Source: Octopus sinensis
Lineage: Eukaryota
DNA: 39,686 bases
Direction of reading: 5' to 3'
NCBI RefSeq assembly: GCF_006345805.1
Contig: NW_021835551.1
Span: 1 to 39,686, forward strand
Shown here: piece after piece, positions 12,444 through 22,363 of the stretch
How positions within the stretch are numbered: the first letter of the stretch is position 1
Layout: each line of letters begins with the position of its first letter
The notes under the pieces: model-generated
What the model was told of the DNA's origin: nothing
The model's database searches: none
Seen by the model: the letters and a program-made list of their open reading frames with translations, nothing else
Translations under genes and position numbers: made by a program

Positions 12444-13003
12444 AATGTCTTATTTCTTCCTTAGGGAAAAGTGATACATATGACAATATGTATGACCATA
12501 CCAAGCCATGAGCTGTCAACTCATTCTTGTCCTTTATTAAAAGTGGACACAGTCTTCTAGTCTTAGATTTAGTAGTTGATAAAGAGATAACTGAATTAGA
12601 AATGAATTACAACCCTTACAACCCTCTGATCCCACAATGCTCCGCTATGTTCTTAGAAGTTAGTCTATTCTTAGCTACACTAGCGATAATATGAATTTAA
12701 AATACATGAATTTGAAAATCTGTTAAAATATCTAAAAAAAATTATATCTATGTGTCTTACTTGTTAAAATTCCATTTATTTATTTATTTGTGCAGCTGAA
12801 GATGACATTGCATTAAATTAATGTAATGATTGCATTGTTCAATTAAATGAAGCCGCTTGAAACGGTCGTACTGCATCAGTACGTGTTATCCTGTTGCTTG
12901 TTTTGATTGCGTTCATCTTCGAGGCGTGAGGATAATACCGGACTGACTTGGTGCTTCAGCTTAAGTACCTAATTCAACTGAATCTCAATTATTTCTCAAA
13001 ATT

Positions 13004-13068
<65 letters not shown>

Positions 13069-13110
13069 AAATTAGAGGATTAACCACTAAAAGAGGACAG
13101 CCTATATGCT
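12363..13110. repeat. Inverted-repeat-bounded cassette: arms 12363-12447 and ~13002-13110 around a ~555-bp interior
   Basis: agcatataggctgtcctcttttagtggttaatcctctaaattttgtata-(TA)n-ccctaat is matched by attaggg-(TA)n-tatacaaaattagaggattaaccactaaaagaggacagcctatatgct. The unique outer part differs by a single-base indel. Confidence 0.9.
12490..13000. repeat. Old dispersed repeat or duplicated segment, homologous to 38698-39205 in the same orientation
   Basis: Shared collinear blocks: tatgac.ataccaa, gtgcagctga, atgtaatga.tgcattgttcaattaaatg, aaacg.tcgtactgcat, ggataataccg, ggtgc.tca.cttaagtacc. Confidence 0.75.
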
Positions 13111-13277
13111 GTCTGCTACCACTGCTGCTGTCTATGTTGCTTCTGCTGTAATTACGTACTTTTACACCTTCACGTTTCTCCTCCCCTCTCCTATATTGTT
13201 GCCAGTAAGGGAGTGAGCGGGACTCTTCAGTTGTTAGTAGAACTACAGGAGGGGCAGTTTTTTTCCTTAACTCTTTC

Positions 13278-13880
13278 AAGATGCGCTCTGCATCAGGTAT
13301 TTTGTTGATATTTCCTGTCCCTGGATTGCAAACGTATACCCTTCAAAGTGGGAGGTTGTAATCCGGTTCTTGGTCCACGATAAACTGCTTTGGTGATGAA
13401 TGTTACTCTCTACACGGAGCTTTCTACTAACATATCCATGCCTAGTTTCCTGCTCATGTACGCTCATCCTTTCCTTTGATATTTAGCGGTAGAGTCGTAC
13501 AAATTCTTTGGGCATGTGTATTTAAGATTATCTGACAAGGATTTCTGCTCAAGTCTTATGATGTTATCAGCCTCATGTATGAAAACTTGGTCAAGGGATG
13601 TAATTTGACAGTTGGTGGTTAAAAGATGTTGCCGATGGGATATAATGCGACATTCAAAGGCAGTTTGGATCAATGTTAAGCCTCTGCCGCGTTGTTTTCG
13701 TTCTAGGCAGAAGCGGTCTACATCACTGGTGATCAGGAAATTATGTGTGTTTGTTAGTATCTTCCGGGTTTTCACATCAATGACTCGGATCTCATCAAAC
13801 GTCCTATCAAGCAGGCCAAACGTTGGTATGAGTACTAGCACTACAAACGCATTGTGGGCTAATGTTTTAATGAATATAAA
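13278..13880 (-). mobile_element. R4/Dong-clade LINE internal fragment (end of RT/thumb region and linker)
   Basis: VLIPTFGLLDRT..IDVKTRKILT..SDVDRFCLERKQRGRGL..HGY..FEGYTFAIQGQEISTKYL matches the R4/Dong-type motifs KTRKILT, DVDRLY..R..GGRGL and EG..FAIQDQ. Confidence 0.8.
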
Positions 13881-13966
13881 GAGTATATATGTATTTATGT
13901 ATTTATGTATGTATCTATGTATGTATGTATGTTAGAAATAAAGGAAATCTCGAATGTTGGATGATA

Positions 13967-14181
13967 ACTGTGAAAACAGCTTTAGAAAATCGGATAAACA
14001 TACAACTATAAACGGGGGAAGGCGACCAGCAAGCCGATACAATCAATCGAATTCTTCGCTCCCCAAATCCCAGGTGAGCCCTCATAGACGGGCACAGAAT
14101 TTGATTCTCTGTGGCAAGGTGCTACTTTTTTCCGTCTATAGATTTATTTTCACCCGATTTTCTAAAGCTGCTTTTTACAGC
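13967..14181. mobile_element. MITE-like element with imperfect terminal inverted repeats, flanked by TA
   Basis: TA|actgtgaaaacagctttagaaaatcgg ... ccgattttctaaagctgctttttacagc|TA. A second inner pair is ctataaacgggggaag / ctttttccgtctatag. Confidence 0.55.
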
Positions 14182-14269
14182 TATTCTGGTAAGTTCGAAA
14201 TTTCCTCCATTTTTAAAACAAATACCATTTCTCTCGACGCTTTATTATTTCATTATATATATATATGTG

Positions 14270-14359
14270 TGTGTGTGTGTGTGGTGTGTGTGTGTGTGTG
14301 TATGTGTGTTGTGTGTGTGTGTGTATGTATGTATGTATATATATACGGATATATATATG

Positions 14360-14394
<35 letters not shown>

Positions 14395-14426
14395 CATACA
14401 TTCATATATATATACATACATATATA

Positions 14427-14480
<54 letters not shown>

Positions 14481-14823
14481 ATGTATGTGTGTGTATGTGT
14501 GTGTGCATATATATATATATATATGTATCTATATATATTCATACACACACATATGTATGTATATATACATACCTACTTATATCTTTCCACAAGATTGAAG
14601 TTATTGAGCTCCATTAAGTTTAATCCCTTCATGCTCGACTTGGCGGTGAAGAGACTGACGGCGACGACGACGACGACGACGATGACGACGATGATGATGA
14701 TGATTATGGTGTTGATGATGACAATATTACTGGTTATGTGGTATAAGGTCTAGATGCACATGTATATATTCATGTATGCATATCCCTGTTTAAACGTATG
14801 CCGTGTGTGTGAGTGAGTGAGTG

Positions 14824-14892
<69 letters not shown>

Positions 14893-15081
14893 ATGTATAT
14901 ATACGGATATATATATGTATATATATATATATATTATATATATATATATATATACATACATACATTCATATATATATACATACATACATTCATATATATA
15001 TACATACATATATATATATATATATATATCTATATATATATATATGTGTGTGTGTGTGTATGTGTGTGTATGTGTGTGTGC

Positions 15082-15113
<32 letters not shown>

Positions 15114-15392
15114 TCATACACACACATATGTATGTATATATACATACCTACTTATATCTTTCCACAAGATTGAAGTTATTAAGCTCCATTAAGTTTAATC
15201 CCTTCATGCTCGACTTGGCGGTGAAGAGACTGATGGCGACGACGACGACGACGATGACGACGATGATGATGATGATTATGGTGTTGATGATGACAATATT
15301 ACTGGTTATGTGGTATAAGGTCTAGATGCACATGTATATATTCATGTATGCATATCTCTGTTTAAATGTATGCCGTGTGTGTGAGTGAGTGA

Positions 15393-15420
<28 letters not shown>
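14270..15420. repeat. Tandem duplication with ~575-bp period, each unit mixing microsatellites and unique sequence
   Basis: ccacaagattgaagttatt occurs at 14587 and 15162. The unique cores differ at only a few positions. Confidence 0.92.
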
Positions 15421-15423
<3 letters not shown>

Positions 15424-15744
15424 TTGTGTGTGTGTGTTGTGTGTGTGTGTGTGTGTGTGTTGTGTGCGTGAGTTCGTATTTATGCATTTATTGTTAACCT
15501 GCAAGATTAAAAAAAAATCGTTGTTTCATCTTCACCTGTTTGATGTCTTAGCTCAGGTAAATTTTCTGAATTTGTTTAATATTATCTGCTGTGTGTAGAA
15601 TGTTTTGTGTAGCATTGGTAATGCCATGTGCAATGTAGGCGGCGGTTTATGCAATTTGTGCTGCGATTTGCGCAATGAATCCATAGACATGTAATCTGTG
15701 GTCTTTTTCTAATTTTCTTCATAGTCCAAATTTGTTAATTTCAC

Positions 15745-16016
15745 AAGTCATCGATGATGATGACGACGACGATGATGCTGATGATGATGATGACGATAAT
15801 GATGACGTCGAGGAAGAGGAGCAGGAGGGTAGGGAGTAGGAAAAAAACAGGTGGACGGGGAGGGGAGTATAGTTATGATGAGGATCATAATCATGATGAT
15901 GATGAGGAGGGGATTATTATAATGATGATGATGGTGATGATGGGGGTTATCATAATGATGACGATGATGATGATGGGGATTATGATAATAATGATGACGA
16001 TGGGAACATCCATGAC

Positions 16017-16079
<63 letters not shown>

Positions 16080-16345
16080 GATGATGACGACGACGATGAT
16101 GCTGATGATGGGGATGATGAGAATGGTCATGATGATGGGGATTATCATAATGATGATGATGATGATGGGGATTATGATAATGATGATGACGATGGGAACA
16201 TCTATGATGATGATGATGATGACGACGACGACGACGACGATGATGCTGATGATGGGGATTACGATCATGATGATGACGATGGCAACATCTATGCAAATGA
16301 TGATGATGATGATGATGATGGTGATGACGATGGTGATTGTTGCGA
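15745..16345. repeat. Compound (GAT/GAC)n trinucleotide array with higher-order units
   Basis: The interrupting motif tgggaacatc/tggcaacatc occurs at 16001, 16193 and 16280. The array explains the poly-M, poly-H and poly-I ORFs. Confidence 0.9.
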
Positions 16346-16619
16346 TGATAACAGTAACATATTCACACATTTTTACTTTTACGAGTCTCTCAATTTGGTT
16401 CAGTTTTTTTATCTCTTCAGTTTTTCAAAAGACATCAACCTCATAACAATTATTAACGCCTACGCCTTCTACAAAAGCGTTTCTTTTGTCAACCATTCTT
16501 ACATGACGTCATCGACAGAATATTCTTCCACAAGTTGTCTCGTGACATTTCAACTGATTTCGGAGAAATTGTTAGTAATTTCATTTCTTTTACCTTTTTG
16601 ATATTCTCCTTCTTTCAAT

Positions 16620-16765
16620 CATTGCATTGCGGCCATGCTGGGGCACCGACTTGAAGGCGTTAGTTTTAAAAAATTTACGATAACACTTACTTTTTAAGTC
16701 CCTTAATTATTCTATCACATTTTTTTGCCGAACTGCTAAGGAAAACACCAACACCAGCACTGACA
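16620..16765 (-). mobile_element. Degenerate 3' fragment of SINE family B
   Basis: tgcggccatgctggggcaccg...ttttttgccgaactgctaag matches the copies at 26408, 32002 and 37692. Confidence 0.55.
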
Positions 16766-18007
16766 CCAAAGTGCTGCTTAGTGAGCTTGAGACCGAAACC
16801 ACTTGGGTGGGGGTGAGTTTGGAACGTAACACCCGCGATAGTCGAGAGATTACTGTAATATATTCATGTTAAACTATTTGATTGTCACACATTTGATCAG
16901 AAACTTTAACATGCAATGATGTTTAAAATGATAGAACATATCTGGCCAGGTCTTTATGTAAGTCTGTACTATGTACATCTCGTAGATCAATTCTGAATAA
17001 GATACCCAGAGGAGACAATGCATACATTTTAATTGAACAAAATTAAAAATACAATATGGTGATTAGAGCAGGCAGTGAGTCTGGTCTTGGCCGTTCAGTG
17101 ACGACACATCACAAGTTTCTGTGTTATTACACCTCTTCAGTGAAACATATCTAGTTGATATATACTGTTTATATTATTGAAAGTGTAGCCGTGACTATAC
17201 TGTTTATTGTCAATATTACATTAAATATTGGTTATTTAAACCCACTCACTCTCCTTTTCTTTCCTTCTTCCTCCTCCTCCTCATCTCTCCTCTCTCTCTC
17301 TCACACACACACACACTCTTTGTCATTGTTTCTCTTGATAGAAGTATTCTTTCATAAAGATACTTTTCGTCCTTTTCTGCTGGATGTTATCAACTTTTGG
17401 AACTGCGAACAATAAACCGAAGCTACGCAACAACACTAACAAAAGCTTGCGAACATTAAAAACCTTCGATGTTTATTTCTCTTTATATATACTGTTTCAT
17501 ATCTTTATTTATTTCTTTTTATATAAATTTTTTCATGTCTTTATTCGAAATTCTATAATATCTTTTATACTTTTAGAAATATTCACTGGATATTGTGTGC
17601 TTCTAATTGATGTCAAACACCATTTAGATATCGCCAAACAATATTTCGCTCTTTGAAAAATTGATTCTATTGTAATCTTTCTTGTGTATTTACCCATTGA
17701 AATGGATAAAAGTTCCAAAGGGCAATGGGATAGCTTTCTTTAATAAAGCCGTCATTAAATTCTTGAAGTTCTATTCTAATAGGGTTAAAGTCGCTTTGCC
17801 ATATGAAATATTGGATGAACACTAGAGGCAGCAGTAGAACCCTTGAGACCATTGTCAGAAAAAATAAAAGAGCAATTATATGGAGTTGAACTGAAGATTT
17901 TCTAAGATCAGCATCAACCGAAACGTTGAAATATCCATAAAATTACATTTTAGAGGAATATGTATGTATATATATATATATATATACATATATATATGTA
18001 TATATAC

Positions 18008-18042
<35 letters not shown>

Positions 18043-18149
18043 ATATATATATATATATGCATAAATATATATACATATATGCATATGTATGCACACACAC
18101 ATATAGACATATACATATGTATATGTACATATACATATGTATGTATGTA

Positions 18150-19440
18150 TATATAACTCATAACTTAGAAAGGTTTTGGCCAGTATTGGCCTAGGCCATG
18201 TCTAACTTAATAGCACCACTTGGTGAAGTCTTTCAATTCAGGATTTGGGCACCAAGGCCCATTCGAGCAGAGAGTTATTGTTTGTGGAGACATATCCGGG
18301 TGTGGGTGGTTTGTCCGGGACGGTTTGAAGGAATTTGTCCAAAGACTTCTTGAAATTTGTGTGGTCAGTTTCTGTTTTGACGTGTCCTGGTATAATGTTG
18401 AAGAGAACGGGTCCAAATGAGGTGAAATAATTGTGCCGTATTGTTGTTATGAGATGCGATTTAGATTGTTGTTGTGGACGGATGGCACGTGGTCCAAGCC
18501 TTGGATGTATTTTGAAGGTGATGCCTACATCATTTGGACAGTGCTGATGGAATATTTTCCACATCATACAGATAATGTAGCGTTCACGGCGTCGTTGGAG
18601 TGAATACAGTTTCAGCTTTTCTAGTCGACCCCAGTAGTCGAGGTCTGACATGGCATCTATCTTTTTCGTGATTGGCCTTTGGGGAGCTTCAACTTTCATA
18701 ATATTTTGTTTCGTGTAGGGAGACCACAGTGGACAGCAGTATTCAGGGTGGGATCGGGCAAAAGTGGAGAAGAGAAGGATAATGGTGTGGCAATCTCTCG
18801 ACTGGAAGGTTCTGAGAATTCAGGAACACATTCTGAGAGCCATGTCAACTTTGCTGCTTATATGTGTAGCCCAGCTTATGTTGTCCAGTTACTCCCAAGT
18901 CTCTGATGTTACTAGACGCCATGTGAATTTCACCAGAAGGAAGGGAGTATGGGAGTTTCAGAGCGTCCTCCCCTCCAAAGTGGATCAGTTTGAATTTGTC
19001 TTCGTTTAGCAGCATGTTGTTCTTTTCCGCCCATTGGACAACAGCCAGTAGGTCTGACTGAAGGCTTATCCGGTCATCCACGGCATTGATGACCTTCTGG
19101 AGCTTGGAATCACCAGCGAAGATTCTGATGTTACTGTGTTTGATAATATCAGTAATGTCATTGATGTAGATGATGAAGAGAAGTGGGCCACACACAGTGC
19201 CTTGTGGGACACCACTCTGACTTTGGGTGGGCTGGATTTGACTACTGCGACTACAACATGTTGGGTTCTGTTTGACAGGAAGCACTTCATCCACTGCAGC
19301 AGCTTTCCATTGACACCAATATTGGACAGCTTTATCAAAAGGATCTTATGATCAACCCTGTCAAAGACCTTGCTGAAATCAAGGCAGATAACATCAGTGT
19401 TGGAACCCTCTCCTAAGGCTCTCAAAATGTCATCAAAATG
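18150..19440 (-). mobile_element. CR1-group LINE, 5'-truncated and frameshifted (RT domain + C-terminus + short 3'UTR)
   Basis: CLDFSKVFDRVDH, SGVPQGTVCGPLLFIIYIND, FAGD at 19109-19120 (mutated FADD), WAEKNNMLLNEDKF, RDLGV, RLEKLKLYSLQRRRER, FKKSLDKFL..PDKP. It is bounded by (TA)n tracts. Confidence 0.92.
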
Positions 19441-19516
19441 ATTTATATATATATATATATTATAACTCCACAAACACACCCACAGACATAATTTCCCACA
19501 TATGTAGTTTTTATAT

Positions 19517-19549
<33 letters not shown>

Positions 19550-19561
19550 GGGGGGGGGGGA

Positions 19562-20367
19562 TATGTCTGTGGGTGCGTTTGTGGAGTTCTTATCTAATTA
19601 CTCCTACATGGTTTTTTCGATTTTGATGAAACTTGACACGTGAGTAAAACTCATGTCTGGAAACCTCATAGCATATCCAGATTGTTGAAAAAAATCAATA
19701 ATAGGGTCCCTGGAAGGGGTCCTTATATATAGCCAAGGGAAAATAACCAATTTATTTTCCTAAATTAGTTGGTAGAAATGAAATTGAGTATGTTTATTTT
19801 TTAGTATTTGAACTGTTAGAATTATTTTCGCAATTTATCCAGTACAATCCTTAAACAAGTAAGTAGTATTTTCTAAAACAATAGATCTACTTATTTCGGT
19901 TAGTGATTTATTCACGAATATACCACCATTAACAACCCTGAGGGTAATATTCTCTAGGAATCAACAAAAGACTTTTTCAGAGTTATTTACTTTGAATTGT
20001 TATTATCTCATATGATTAGCCTGTTATTATGTAAAATGCTTCACGATTTTACTATACGTACCCTATTAGTATTTCCGCCTATGTTCTATATACTCTGGGA
20101 ACGCATTAAAGCATTGAATTCTTACTATCGGTTAACTAATTTCATGTTATTACATAACTGACTTCACTAATTGGTTATTCATTACTTATTGGGAATTCCT
20201 AAAAGCAAATCCTGTGTAAGATAGTTCGGTATTCTCTGTAAATATACAAAAAGCGTTTTAAAGGCTACATACTTTGTATTGTTGTTATTGGATTAGCGAA
20301 ACAATTAAGAGAACGGAGCCAAGGGATAAGCCCCGCTTTCCTGGGAATTACCGGGTACATCAGCTAG
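19562..20367 (+). mobile_element. Non-autonomous Helitron-like element
   Basis: The 3' end has a short GC hairpin (cctgg-gaatta-ccggg) followed by tacatcagCTAG|T. The 5' part has cgattttgatgaaacttgacac, which I recall as typical of non-autonomous Helitron/DINE-1-like repeats. No ORF. Confidence 0.6.
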
Positions 20368-20379
20368 TATATATATATA

Positions 20380-20410
<31 letters not shown>

Positions 20411-20789
20411 ATATGTAAAAATATGCATCATATCTCAATCATATAAATATAGATATTTTGTACCTTGTAATATATACACTGAACCGACTAAATATATACG
20501 ATATATCTTATATAGCTTGTATCGTCTAGATATAAGACGTGTCTTGTAAAAATATATCAGGTATCTTAGAAGAATACGGTATATTTGAAAAGCTATAAGT
20601 TATGTAATTTTTAATCATATATATTTATATTTAGTGACGTAATAAAGTTAAAATGTTAACAAATATGACTAAATATGACCTAGTATATATATATATATAT
20701 ATATAATATATATATATACACATATATATACACATTTATATGTGTATATATATATATATTATATATATATATATATAATATATATATAT

Positions 20790-20831
<42 letters not shown>

Positions 20832-20859
20832 TATATATATAATATATATATATATTTTT

Positions 20860-21680
20860 AACTCAACAGACGTCATTGATTGGTTGAAATTGCAGAAATT
20901 GAAGAAAAAACAACAAATATCTTACAAACTATAGAATTTTCTCAATAAAGCCAAGAGAAAAAGATGTTTTATAAACACATTCTACCAGTATACGAAGTTT
21001 AAAAGTGTTTAGTTACATGGAAATTATTTTTAAAAACTGCCGGTCAAACCGAAAAGATCCTAGAATTTTATCAATAAAGCCAAGAGAAAAAGATGTTTTA
21101 TAAACACATTCTACCAGTATACGAAATTTAAAAGTGTTTAGTTACATAGAAATTATTTTAAAAATCTGCCGGTCAAAGCGAAAAGATCCCAGAATTTTCT
21201 CAAGAAAGCCAAGAGAAAAAGATGTTTATAAACACATTCTACCAGTATACGAAATTTAAAAGTGTTTAGTTACATAGAAATTATTTAAAAAATCTGCCGG
21301 TCAAAGCAAAAAGATCCCCGTTGTATAATGTTAAAGTCATAAAATATAGAAAACACAACCTAACAAAGAAAGATTAGATGTAGGCTAACGAGGAGAAGCA
21401 TGCACTGCCAGTCCTGAACACACACTCACACAACGCACGTCGTAAATTAAAGGCGTAGAATCAAAGAAGAGAGTAAAACTGTCAGATAAAAATTACATTG
21501 AGATTAAGGGGCAAGATTCTACGTTCATTGGGCAGAGCCACATATACAAGCGTACTCCCCACCACTACCACTACCAAACGCAATTTCGCGCTTTCAACAG
21601 TAATTTTGGTGTCTTCAGATGGCACTGGAGGCCAGAAGCCACTGAGAAATGGCGAACCAAAACACAAAGGACCAAACATA
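20860..21680. mobile_element. Unclassified non-coding repeat element containing three tandem 129-bp units (20933, 21062, 21191)
   Basis: Unit agaattttctcaataaagccaagagaaaaagatg...ctgccggtcaaa.cgaaaagatcc. The element begins directly after (TA)n. No TIR or poly-A is seen. Confidence 0.6.
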
Positions 21681-21716
21681 CGCAGGAGTGGCTGCGTGGT
21701 AAATAGCCTGCTTACC
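21681..21716 (+). mobile_element. Isolated first 36 bp (A-box region) of SINE family B
   Basis: cgcaggagtggctgcgtggtaaatagcctgcttacc matches the head of the 32002-32408 copy (cgtcggagtgggtgtgtggtaagtagtttgtttacc) and then breaks off. Confidence 0.7.
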
Positions 21717-21934
21717 TGACTCGCGGATAGACATGTTTTTTTGGCGGTGAGTCAAACGTTTTGCTGAACTTTGGATAATTTTTCTGTTAGAATTGTTGAC
21801 TGTTTATTCTTGAACATTGTTGAACTTTGAAACTTTGAAAATTTTTGTGCTTTTTTCCGGTGACGAGAGAAAGTAATTGTTTGTGTAAAGCCACTTTTGC
21901 AGTTGTGAATTGTTGAAATATTGAACTAATTAAA

Positions 21935-22335
21935 GCCGTTGTAGGCTTTATTGTCGTGCCCCCACCCAGCGGGGGTGGGATTTGAACTGTTATCCTCATT
22001 AAGAGGTCAAAAATATAGGTTTCCCGTTTTTTGGGATAATCAATTTATTATTGTGTGAAAAATTAAATTTTAGCCGTTGTAGGCTCTATTGTGGAACCCG
22101 CCCCCAGCGGGAGTGAGATTTGAACTGTTGTCCTCGTTGTGAGGAAAAAAAACATTATAGGTTTCCCGTTTTTTGGAATACTGTATTTTTATTATTATGT
22201 GAAAAATTTAATTTGGAACGTTGTAGGTTTTGTTGCTACATCTCGCCTCTTAATGGGGGTGAGATTTGAACTGTTGTCCTCGTTGAGAGGGAAATAAATT
22301 TTAAAAATTATAGGTTTCCCATTTTCTGGGATTAA
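21935..22335 (+). repeat. Three tandem ~138-144-bp monomers in the LINE 5' region
   Basis: Units start at 21935, 22073 and 22217 (gccgttgtaggc / aacgttgtaggt). Each has g(g/a)gatttgaactgtt.tcctc and tataggtttccc.tttt. Confidence 0.9.
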
Positions 22336-22363
22336 ATTGTGCATAAACTTATTTCGAACGAAT

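Noticed and set aside
17697-17845. Possible minus-strand exon (open frame ending at a GTAAAT donor)
   Set aside because: The acceptor is poor and the peptide unrecognised; it is equally compatible with decayed TE sequence.
20410-20684. Second Helitron-like end (ctagt at 20680-20684)
   Set aside because: No GC-rich subterminal hairpin is present, and CTAG alone is insufficient.
20933-21317. CRISPR-like periodic repeats
   Set aside because: The units are contiguous with no unique spacers, in a eukaryotic context. The same applies to the monomers at 21935-22335.
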